NCBI RefSeq assembly: GCF_037042905.1
Contig: NC_087251.1
Span: forward strand, 40,116,001-40,180,000
Length of the DNA: 64,000 nucleotides
Direction: 5' to 3'
DNA from: Lytechinus pictus
Taxonomy: Eukaryota
The notes under the pieces were generated by a model. The model was not told where the DNA came from and searched no databases. It worked only from the letters and a program-made list of their open reading frames with translations. This document shows positions 42,004-52,800 of the stretch, one piece after another. Numbering within the stretch: the stretch's first letter is position 1; each line of letters begins with the position of its first letter. The translations under genes were made by a program, and so were the position numbers.

Positions 42004-42546
42004 GTTTCTGCATGCTATTTTTTTCTTCCAGACTTTGGGAAATGTTTCTGTCCAACCTTATGTATGTCTTCATTCTTTTGACTCAGAGCTTTCACTTGGA
42101 CAGATGTAGCCTCTACAGCTTTAGACACGTCTATAGCAGTTGTGAGGTCAAGGTCAGATCTCGAAATGAGAAGTTCTCTCATACGATCATCACGCACACC
42201 GAGTAGGACACGATCAACAAGCAGCTTGTCTTTCATACAGTCACAGAATCCACACGTTTTGCTCATCATACCAAGAACCGTGGCATACTGCTCAATGGAT
42301 TCATCAATCTCTTGATTTCGCTGGTTGAATTTAAATCTCTCAAAGAATTCCCTGCTCTCCCCAAGGAAATGTGTGTTAAACTTTCATAATCACAGAACAT
42401 TTGATGCTATCAGCCCAGTGGCAAATTTCATGCCATTGTAGACGCGAAGACATTAGGGTCCAACACTGTGAAGGAGAAGGGCAGTCTGATAACTATCAGA
42501 ATGTTGAGAGAGATTTGTTAGAATAGAGTAATTTTCCCATTGCTGG
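42004..42546 (-). mobile_element. Gypsy gag N-terminal part, decayed
   Basis: QQWENYSILTNL...TALLLHSVGP, ERFKFNQRNQEIDESIEQY, CGFCDCMKDKLLVDRVLLGVRDDRMRELLI..DLDLTTAID. Confidence 0.85.
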
Positions 42547-44214
42547 CTCCACATTAGGGAGTTCGGTGAGTTTTTGATTTTTGTACAGCACCCCCATTAA
42601 TTTGGTATCATTGGAAAGATAATTAAAAGAGAAAAAGAATGGTAGTAAAATCAGCTCCATACCTTGAATATTAGAGAAGTTACAGGCAATTTTAGCTTCG
42701 CGAATCTCCATTTCATGTCTGTCGCCTTCCATTCCCCCGGTAAGAAATATCATGAAATAGAGTCTATTTACCCCCCCCAGATATTATATATCTATAGAAA
42801 TCTATATATGGTATACATATATATATATTTATATTTGAATATAATTTTATTAACAATTGCCCCCACTCCCCAGACAAATATCACATTCACAACACAAATT
42901 TACAATGAATTTCAACAATAGAAATATCACAAGGCAACATATTTCCTAATTAAAAGACAAACTAAAAAAATTTATGCCATATAATTACGTAATGAGTCAA
43001 AACAAGGTCGACGAGATTCCTCATTTTCCATGTGTGCCTTTTTTTCAAGCATATGCGATTCCATGCGATTGTATAAATGCATAAACATTGTATACCATTA
43101 CATTCAGAAAACTTCAAACTTTCAGAAAATATGGGTTTCTACTAGGTTTCTCCCCCTCCTTCATGCTCTTTTTACATGTTTTTCATCAAGAAAATACCTT
43201 AAAATATGGCAAAAAAAAAAGACTTATTGTTCTCTCGACTTTGAACACCAGGAAAAATGCTCTAAACCTCGACAATCTTGGTATAAAATGAAAGCTTAGA
43301 ATATCCCGTAGCGTATAATCACCGTCGACAACGGCCTTATTATGCAAGTTTGATGCCCCGGAAGTAGTATCAGAGTGCAGAGGTCAGTCAGAAATTTTAA
43401 CAAAATGGCGGCCTCCAGTGAATACATGATCGCGTAGTGTTCCGAAGTCAACGGATTTCAAAACTCAGAATTTTCCACTTTTCCAGAGATTATAGTCAAA
43501 TAAACGGTATCAAAAGAACAAGAAACTTCTCCTCTACACATAGATGTCTTCAGAAAGGTAAAAGATCAATTAGAAAAAGTTTTGAAAGTTTTGAATGGAA
43601 GGCTTAGCAAAAGTAGCTCCATGCTGAAGCTTTGAAGGACTATGATTATCAGTCATCATGCAATCAACAGTAGTAACAGTATGTCAGGATGGTAATTCAC
43701 ACCAACAACCACTTGTTCACTGCAACCATCCTGCCTGTGGGGAATCTACAGGTACATGTAGGACTATGGTATACCAATGTTGTACAGAGCACACACTTTA
43801 AAAAATCATTAAAATATCACTTTTGCGACCAAAATTACTAATTTCCATACAGCAGGCCTCTACAAAAAAAAAATCATCACTTGCCCTGTCGGGCAAGTGA
43901 TAAAAAAATTTGCTTGCCGGATAGAAAAAACTGCTTGCCCGATTTATTTTCAAAAATTATTTTGCTCTGAACTTGATTTACCCTTGGCATTTCTTTTTCT
44001 TGACTCTTGTTCAAGTTGTTCTGGTCGCCGATCACGACGACAAAAGTCGCCTATTTTAGTCTGATGACTCATTGCTTATTTGGTTGGAAGTTGAAGCCGA
44101 GTCGTGGCCAGGGTGACCAGATTTCACAAAATGAAATACAGGACAATCAACAACAAAAAAGATCAAGAAAGAAGGCTACACAGTGTTAGACTTGTGAAAA
44201 AAAATATACAGAAT

Positions 44215-44695
44215 TAGAAGGGAGGGTGAAAGTCAAAATAAAGAAGAGAAAGACAAAAAGAAAGTAAGAAAAAAGGGGGAGGAAAGAAAGAATGAAGGAA
44301 AGAAAATGTTTCCTTCATTCTTGGAAAGAAAGAAGAAAACAGGAAGGAAGGAGGGAAGGAATGAAGGAAGAAAGGGAAAGAAAGTATAAGGGAAAAGAAA
44401 AAGGACAAAATGAAATAAATAATGAAAGAAAGAAAGGAGGAAAGAGAGGGAGGAAAGAATGAAGGGAGGCCAGAATGAAAAAAAAAGAAGAAAATAATAG
44501 GAGAGAAAGAACGAAAATAAAAACGAGTGGAAGGGAGAAGGAAATAAAAAAGGAAATGTAATAAAGAAGGCAAGTAAGAGAAAGAAGGAAAGAAAGAAAA
44601 TGAACCGAGAGAGAGAAAGGATCAGGAAGTAAAAATAGATATGTAACAAAAAAGGGCAAGGAAGGATAGAAAAGAAAGAAAGAGGAAAAGGTTCA
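44215..44695. repeat. GA-rich low-complexity tract
   Basis: (GAAA/GGAA)n-like; source of spurious F/S/L-rich minus-strand ORFs. Confidence 0.85.
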
Positions 44696-45659
44696 AACTT
44701 CAAGCAAATAAAAACAATCCAATCATATAACAAAAATCCTAATGATATTTGGTGTTTTTTAAAATATATTTTGAAAATTAAAAGTCAGTCCGAAGCTTGC
44801 ATGCATTCAGCGCGATCTAGCTCGAGAGTCGACTGGCTCGCGATCGCTCGTGTACGTCTGTACATGTACTTGTAGCGCTGATGTATTAGAGTATGCGCTC
44901 AGAGGGCGAGAGAGGGGTTTCCCCAGCTAGCTCCTTCGTCGATTAGTAGCACATGCGCACAGTGTAGTTTTGAAAGTAAGATGGCAGCCCCCATCGAACG
45001 GGACTGCTGGCGATAAATTGGCGCTGATTTGACATGTTTCCACTGTTTTTTTACTGGTATGACATTGTATGAGAGATAATTGGCCGATAATTCTCTGCAC
45101 AAGGTACTACTAGATTTCAATACATATTCAAATTAACTTGAAAGATGACAATAACAGAAGTAACGCATCATCATGAAAAAAAACCAATCACACATAAGGA
45201 GTCTTACAACATAAATATTCATGATAAAGGAATTGATAACAAAAATAATTGTCAAGTGTGGGATGCAAGAAATGAAAGATGGATGAGGGTAACAAAGGAG
45301 ATGGGGATAACAAAGATAAATCAGGATAAAAGGCAAGAATGCTGATGGAGACTGAAGAAAAGGGGAAAGTAAATTAGGGTTGTTTTGGGGTAGAGCAATG
45401 TCCTGAAAATGAGAGAGGGGTTAAAAGTAATGAACTTGTAACCAAAACTGAAAGAACAAACCAAACTGCAATAAACTTGAATAATGTACAAACTAGTTCC
45501 CTAAATAATATTCCTTTCGCCAAATAAAATGTCCTCATTTTAGGATCTCAAAGCAAATTTTAAGTAAACATGGTCATGTAGGTTACACTTCGTAATTCTG
45601 AAGGTTCGTAATTCCGAAACACGTAAATTGCCTATACCTCGATGTTCGTTAATCTAAAT

Positions 45660-45841
45660 ATAACCAATTACCTTGAAAACAATTTATGTCTAGGTTAATC
45701 AGTCATAGTGGCTGACGTAATAGACGACAGATATCACTCTTGGGCCTTTTTATCAAAGTGGAGACAATGGCAGAGTTGTGATTCGAACTCACAACCTTGC
45801 AATTATGAGTCCAATGCTCTAACCACTGGACCACACGACCC
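45660..45841 (-). mobile_element. tRNA-derived SINE, 5' part
   Basis: GGGTCGTGTGGTCCAGTGG (A box) ... GAGTTCGAATC (B box) followed by a non-tRNA body. Confidence 0.75.
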
Positions 45842-47134
45842 GTCAATGTGCCTCCTTTATAATGAAATAAGCTGCAGCAATGAATATCTTATGCACTAAA
45901 TCAGTCGTTAATCCATTTTTTTCATTCTTGGTAGACAAAAAAAAAGAAAGCGAATTTCATGTAAAAGTGGGGATGTGATATCATCAAGTTGCTCATTGAA
46001 TATTCATGAAGACATGCCTACAACTGTTGAACCAGTCATAGTATTCTCAGCCCGGAGCATCCCTTTAATTTATAGAAATTAATCAACACATTTTTCATGC
46101 GATAATTTCTTCTCATACAACAGATTGATGACACTCCCGAAAATTTTCCAGCAAATGGAACTCCCACCCAGAAGCAAAAATTTCTAAAAAGCGTGACACA
46201 AGAAATCATTGGCCGTGTGTGGTCAATCCACGACCCCACTGATGTATTAAAGCAGTGTCACCTCAGCCTGTGATTGTTTCAAAAAGAGGGGGACGAGCAG
46301 AGAAGTATTGGATCTGCCCTACGTATATTGCCTCTGCAAAACGGGTAATATCATGATGTCAAAATCTTCTTTTGACAAGTATAACAAGGTGGTTCAAGAA
46401 CCATGTGTCTTGCCTGACATCGCGATCAATGAAATATGCAATATGATACTTTTACCTTATCTTCGTCATAGACACATGTGTGGTATTGGTTATTTTACCA
46501 TGTGTAAACACAATTGATGCAAAAAGTATTTAAGAAATGAGAGCAATAACAAAAACTTGACCTTTTGACCCATAGATGACCCTTGAACATGATCATGTGA
46601 CATGTGACATATACAGACATATACCCAGTCTTCTTAGGGTTAAGCGTTATTCTTGTTCTTTTTTTCTCAATTGATTAAAATCAACATTTTCAGGAGGGAT
46701 TTGACATTTAAATAAGATACTTGGGCAAGTCTGTTTACTACCCTCTTCCGCTTGGTTATATATTTTTTATTCTTCTTTACCACAGAAAAGGAAGAAGAGA
46801 TGATCATGTGTAGTAATTCATTCTGCACCCGTGGTCTCTTCTTCCATTTAAGTGAAGTGGGATTAAGTGAGGATACATTACCACCAGAAAGAAGAGATTG
46901 GTATTGCAGCGAAAGCTGAAAAAGCACCAACAGGTCCCCCTTTTGCATTTGTGCAAAACACACGAAGAACAAAGTGAGAGTGGAATGTGCCAACAAGCGA
47001 TGCCCTTATGGCCAAATATTTCATCTATCCTGCCTTGGCATTGATAAAAGGCCAGGTAAAACCCCCAAAATATATAATCTAATCTAATATATAATATAAT
47101 ATATATATATCTAACCATGGACCTACTAATCTAG

Positions 47135-47352
47135 GGGGTGTTGCAGGAAAATATTTGCAATCAATCGCAAATATTCTGTTGCAATTTTACAATTGATTGA
47201 TCAGTTTTAACTATAGCAAATCAGATTAGATTCCTTGTTTCATGGAGCAGATTAGCAATCAATCCCAAATTTGCAATAAATTGTACGGCATATGCTTGAT
47301 TTCGGGAAGGAAAATAGACATGCAATTGATCGCAAGTTTCTTGCAACGCCCC
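47135..47352. mobile_element. Short MITE
   Basis: TIR GGGGTGTTGCAGGAAA / TTTCTTGCAACGCCCC. Confidence 0.7.
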
Positions 47353-47370
47353 ATTAGTCTGTGATCTTAA

Positions 47371-48115
47371 GGCCACCACACACCTTACGACCAGACTGGT
47401 CTGCGACTGAGTGAGGGGAGATGAATCGCAAGGTAGTCATAAGCTTCGACACCGCACACCTTGCGATCCGATCTGTGACTCACGCATGCGCTTTTTGCCA
47501 CAGCAACAGAAAAAGTACGCTTACTCGTGCATGTGCGCTTTGTTTATCATAATACGCGTCGTGCAACTCGGCTTTCTGATTGGCTGGAAGTTGGATTGAG
47601 CTTGCAATCCAGTCATAAGGATTCAACATGCCAAATCTTTACGATACTTTCCTTGCTACTTGTCTCTGACCGCTCTGCGACTCTCAAGCTGACAAGAGCT
47701 GTGACGTAAGGTGTGCGGTGGCACACCGACTGGTCTACGACTGCCTTGCGACTGCGTGAGGGGAGATGTGACATCACAGCTCTTGTCAGATTGAGAGTCG
47801 CAGACCGGTCAGAGACAAGTCGCAAGGAAAATATCGTGAAGAGTTGACATGTTGAATCCTTATGACTGGATTGCAAGCTCAATCCAACTTCCAGCCAATC
47901 AAAAAGCAGAGTTACACGACGCGTATATGATCAACAAAGTGCCTACGCAGTAGTAAGCGCATTTTCTCAGTTGTTATGGCAAAAAGCAAAAAGCGCATGC
48001 GTGAGTCGCAGACAGCGTGGTAGTCGGATCGCAAGGTGTGCGGTGTCGAGGGTTATGACTACCTTGCTATTCATCTCCCCTCACTCAGTCGCAAGCCAGT
48101 GGCAGTGCGGTGGCA
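47371..48115. mobile_element. Long palindromic MITE in an intron of the DUF6589-like gene
   Basis: TTAA on both sides; ~47400-47700 is the reverse complement of ~47775-48092. Confidence 0.8.
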
Positions 48116-49712
48116 TTAACGGATCGACATTTTGCTAAGTTGTTAAATTATCGATAGTCAGCACAATCTGTGGTATTAAATACTACATGATTGGGCAATT
48201 AAAGTCATTTATAGAATACATCAATACTTGTGTGAAAGGGTACTGGTTTGACAGCACAATTTAACAGACTATATAGGGACCCACTTGAAAACCTCTGAAG
48301 TAAATGAACACAAAAATCTGCATAATCACAGTGAAATCACTTTTGAAAAAGAAAAATTAAATCTTAAATTACACGCACAACCACCATATAGAGAGGGTTG
48401 AACATGTGCATTAGCTAATGGTTACTGAGTGATGTAAGGAATGTAAGGCTTGCTAGCACAGACCTAGAAAACAAACAATTGCAAAATAATTCTACCTATT
48501 GAAGTCTTTGAATGTCAATTTAAAGCATTAAAATCTCCAAATGTTATCAACTACGGATAAAAGAGATCAAAACCATTTAAAATTGACTTTTCGTTCATAT
48601 AAAACGTAAATCTCATCTTTCACCAAGATCAGTGATACAAACGCATTCCAATTCTATTAAAAGATAAAAACAAAGTGTGATACAAACTCTTCATCCATTA
48701 CTACACTTGATCAAGCAAGCATGCATTTGTCCTAAATGTGTCTGATATTATTGTATTTAAATATTCATGTATTTACAAACCTATAAATCTCTAGGAGAAG
48801 GTTGGAAATGTCCAGTCTGTGAACATCAAACTGACGAATCACGAGAAGATGGGATGTATCAGTATGCTATTGCAGTCATTTGGGAGGGTCTCATGGATGC
48901 GGTGAGAAGGTCTGCAGTAAGGGAAAACAATGGTGAATTCATCATTAGTTTCTGGCGGCTGGACATGTTTCAGTTCTTCAAGAACCAACACAGCACTATC
49001 TCAAGATTGGACACCGTTTGCTTGCAAGTAAGTAACGCCTAAATAATGAACGATGTGCGAGAAGAGCCAATGGATTTACCGCAGCGAGGTCCGCAGGACC
49101 GAGTGCGCTCCCTCCATTTTGCGAGTCAGGCACAGAGTTCATTATTTAGGTACTCTATGCACAAGAATGCATGGATTGTTTGTATTATACACCCCCCCAT
49201 GTTTTTGAGTTGCCCTGTATGCTATATTTGTCTAAATTCCAGATAATTCCTGACCTCGAGTGCAGGATAGTGCATTTTGGATGCAAGAGCGCAATTCACT
49301 GAATATCATGTGATCCGTTTTGGACCAATCAGATTGCACAACATTCTTGGAGTTGTATAATACACTATTCCATCATTGGCGTCAAGGAATAACAATTTTT
49401 CTTCAGTGGGCGTTTCATTTTTAACATCACAAAATCTGGGTCACATGATGCTTTTTAAACCAATCAGCATACATGATTTAATTTATGTAGGATATAATGA
49501 AAAGCATACTGTAACACTAAATAATTATTTATATTTTATCATATCAAGGCATACAGGGGTGGATGCCCAGAAGAATAGCACATGATCTCCAATGGAATCG
49601 TACAGTTAACCTCAAGGGGGGAAGAGGAAAATGCATACCCATGGATCGCTGCAATGAGTTTTTCAATTGTAGCACCAAAGGTAAATATACATATGGAGTG
49701 CAATACGACTTA

Positions 49713-49872
49713 TACCTTGGTCACATTTGCTTTACGGCGGCAGTACGGCGAGTCGAAAACAGCCTTTTAACATTTTTTTGTACCAACTACATATAGGTGG
49801 TTTGAATTGAAATTAATAAAACAACTGTTCGACTCGCCGTACAGCTGCCGTAGAGCAAATGTGACCAAGGTA
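49713..49872. mobile_element. TA-flanked palindromic MITE
   Basis: TIR TACCTTGGTCACATTTGCT / AGCAAATGTGACCAAGGTA; a relative lies at ~55866-56033. Confidence 0.8.
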
Positions 49873-52800
49873 TAAGAGGCATAGATGTGTTGGTTTCTGT
49901 GGGCTAGTATAAATCAACTTAATCAAGTTCAGGGAAGTGGCTGGCAATGAAAATGGAACAAAGTACCATCCCCGGTCCCCACAAGCAGAAGCACACTTGA
50001 TTATGCCTAAAATATTGCTTAATCTCTATTTCTTCTTGGGTTGTTTCGCCGCCAGATATTTGGTATATGTGGTATTATATCCTGATGGTGTCATCCCCTC
50101 ATTATTTAATTTTATTTTATAAAATATGGAATATTCTATAATTTTCTTCACATTGTAGAAAGAAATGATTAATTCCTCCCAGGACATGTGGAATTAGCAT
50201 TGTTAAATACTATGCTATTCAGCCAAATGGGTCCTTATTGTCAAATCTAAAAAAAAAAAAAATATTGTATAATCAAAATAATACAAAAGAAATAGTGGGT
50301 GACAGACATCATCGCTTGTCTCATTGGCATGTCACTGAGTTGTGCATATCACATGTTTTAAGAAAAATTAGAGAAACTTCAAAATGTCATAACTTCCTTA
50401 TTTTACACCCGATTTTTATGAAATTTTCAGCGTTGTGCTAGTCTGATTTTTCTCTATTTATCCAAATCAATATTTTTCTTGGGTGGACTTGACCATTGTA
50501 GCAAATTATTGAAACTGGTTGTGTCGAATTGGTTTCAACTGGCTTTAATTATAGGGAAATGACAACAGCCACCTGTAGTTCCAATTACGAACAAATTAAA
50601 GCTACCACGTACTAGCAGAGTAGTTTCAGTTAGAACTTCAGTAAAATCAGTTGGCAAGTTGTTTCAATTGGTTTTGTTCCAATTAGTTTCAACTGTGTTC
50701 AACAATTATGTGCACCTTGCCACAAATTACTTTCTGCCCTTCTGCCAACTGCTCATCGAACAAAATAACAGTTAACACAGGCTTTTATATAATTGTTATA
50801 AACTCTTACCTTTTTAACAGACGTGCTTAGAAAGAGCAGAAAGCTTACGACGAAAAATATGCAGAGAGCGTCGGATCTAGGGGGTCCCCTTGGACGAGAC
50901 CTCTGCAACACCTCAGCAGGGGCACAGCGAAGCAGCAATGCAACAGGAAAGTCTTCTACATGTGTGATAAAGAGAGAGCTCATTATCAACTTTACCGAGC
51001 TCTTCCACGGGAAAGAATTCTTTGCCATCAAAGGAAAAAGGCATCATCCTTCCTTCAAAGGTTTCCAGAGTCTTCCCACATCTGTAACTGAAGAAAGGAA
51101 AGGGGCATTGAAGAGCGCCTTATTGTGTTTCAGCGCCAAATTGGATTGGAAGAGACCTGCGATAAATCATTCAGACGACACGGACATGGACTTGCCCAGC
51201 GTATCTGGATTTGTAGCCCATCACGATATTACTTATGAGTCAAATGACACTAACATCAGGACCGAGTCTTCGACATCGGATTCTGCGACATCGGATTCTG
51301 ATTAAGAACGAAGGCCAAGTAGCTGGCGTCAGTCAGTATAGGCAGGTCCTCATTAAAAGTGCTATTCATGACTATTTTTTGCATATGTTGGGGCCGATAA
51401 CTGCTACTGCTAGTGTCATAACTAGTATACCGTACCCAGCTGTTGTTGTGTGTTCAGACAGGTTGTGAGTCCGGACGATCAGTTTTAGAAAGTCATTTGG
51501 AAAAATGTGCAAGCGAAGGTTCATTTTAGTACAAAATATTATGAAATAATTCCCGCTTTACTTACTGAAAGCCTGGTATATTTGTACATCATTTTATCTA
51601 ACATCAAATGGATCTCAGAATACCACCCGTTTTCTGAAATAATGACGTCAGAATATTGGTATAGCGAAAAATATATTGAGGTCTGACGTCACACATCATA
51701 GTTGATATTCGGTCACATGATACTATTTGAACCAATCACTATATACAGGATTCAAAAGACAAATATTCTTTTAACAAAATCGATGGTCGGACAGTGCTCT
51801 GCGGCCGCTTTTCACCAAAATTGCAGCTCATTGTAGCAGATCAATGCGACCGGAACGGCGTAACAAAAAATATGCGAAGCTTTGGAGCGGATTACTTTCT
51901 TCTTTTTTCTCGATAAGAAGAAAAATGCTATGCTTTGGAGCGGCTTTCTTTGTTCTTTTTCTCAATAAGACAAAAATGCTATGCCTTGGAACGGAAATTT
52001 GAGTGTAAAAATGGGGGTCCCCTCCGCGGCACATACCCACTATGCATTATATACTGAGTGCCCCCCCCCCCCCCGAGATATTTCCCGGGGATATTTCGTA
52101 CACTTATAATAATACAAGGGACATTATTCAATGAAAGATTTTGTGAAATTAAAAGAAATTCATTTTAAATCTTAACTTAAATCGTTAGGTGCGCAGACTT
52201 GGGGACCACCATACCAGCATACATTCTTTCTACCTCCTTTACCTCCATGAATACAGTCAACATCCCACGTCCACTAGTAACACATTGACACACCGACCAT
52301 AGTTTTTGTGTGTTTGCATGATAAATCGAGTGCGTAGCTTTAGGACCCCGATCGGGTAGCGAAAATGAGCGGTGTTCAGAAAACACGGCGGGATTTTCGT
52401 ATTAGTGAGTTTTGTGATATTTTCTTCTTGGTTAATGATCTTTGGAATGTTTGCCACGAATTAGTGAAAGATAATTTGTTCAAATATTAAAATAAGTTTT
52501 TATCGTTTGTAAACAAAGTGCGTATAGCTTTCGGTCCCCCATCAAATTCACTTTGCACACGATTCGGGTATTTTGATGAGAAAGGCTGCATCAGGGGGAA
52601 GAAGGATACATCCGAGAAATTAAGGTCACACTATCATATAAAATAAGAGTGGAGTTTGGTTCTACCGGCCATGCAATATGGTTGATATGATGAAGTTCCA
52701 TCTGCGTGCTCATTATTTTCGTTATTATGTCAAGATCTAAAGCAAAATGTTCGTTGTTGCACTTAGTACTTAGTTAATATTTCATGCAGCAGATACAGTG

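Larger units (their letters stand above)
46124..51305 (+). pseudogene. Spliced DUF6589-like (AcademH/AcademHP-type) transposase with two ING-type PHD fingers; exons 46124-46344, 46786-47055, 48795-49027, 49549-49680, 50821-51305
   Basis: All introns GT-AG. Translation contains YCLC..MIMCSNSFC..FFHLSEVGL..WYCSES*, FCIC..VECANKRCPYGQIFHLSCLGI..WKCPVC, DGMYQYA..WEGL..AVRENNG..FWR, WNRTVNLKGGRGKCIPMDRCNEFFN and KRHHPSF. Lesions: frameshifts near 46250 and 48992, TGA at 46917. Confidence 0.75.

Noticed and set aside
44214..44733. Long hydrophobic ORFs (also 61532-62374, 19758-20170, 57645-57860)
   Set aside because: Translations of low-complexity purine/pyrimidine or microsatellite tracts.
46917..46919. 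In-frame TGA at an expected Cys of PHD1, read as selenocysteine
   Set aside because: The same gene has two frameshifts and a Cys-to-Glu change in this finger, so a TGY-to-TGA nonsense mutation is simpler; no SECIS recognised.
51776..51796. ATGGTCGGACAGTG as the right TIR pairing with 40379 to define one large Academ element
   Set aside because: Similarity is partial and gapped, there is no matching TSD, and 40379 already pairs with 42003.
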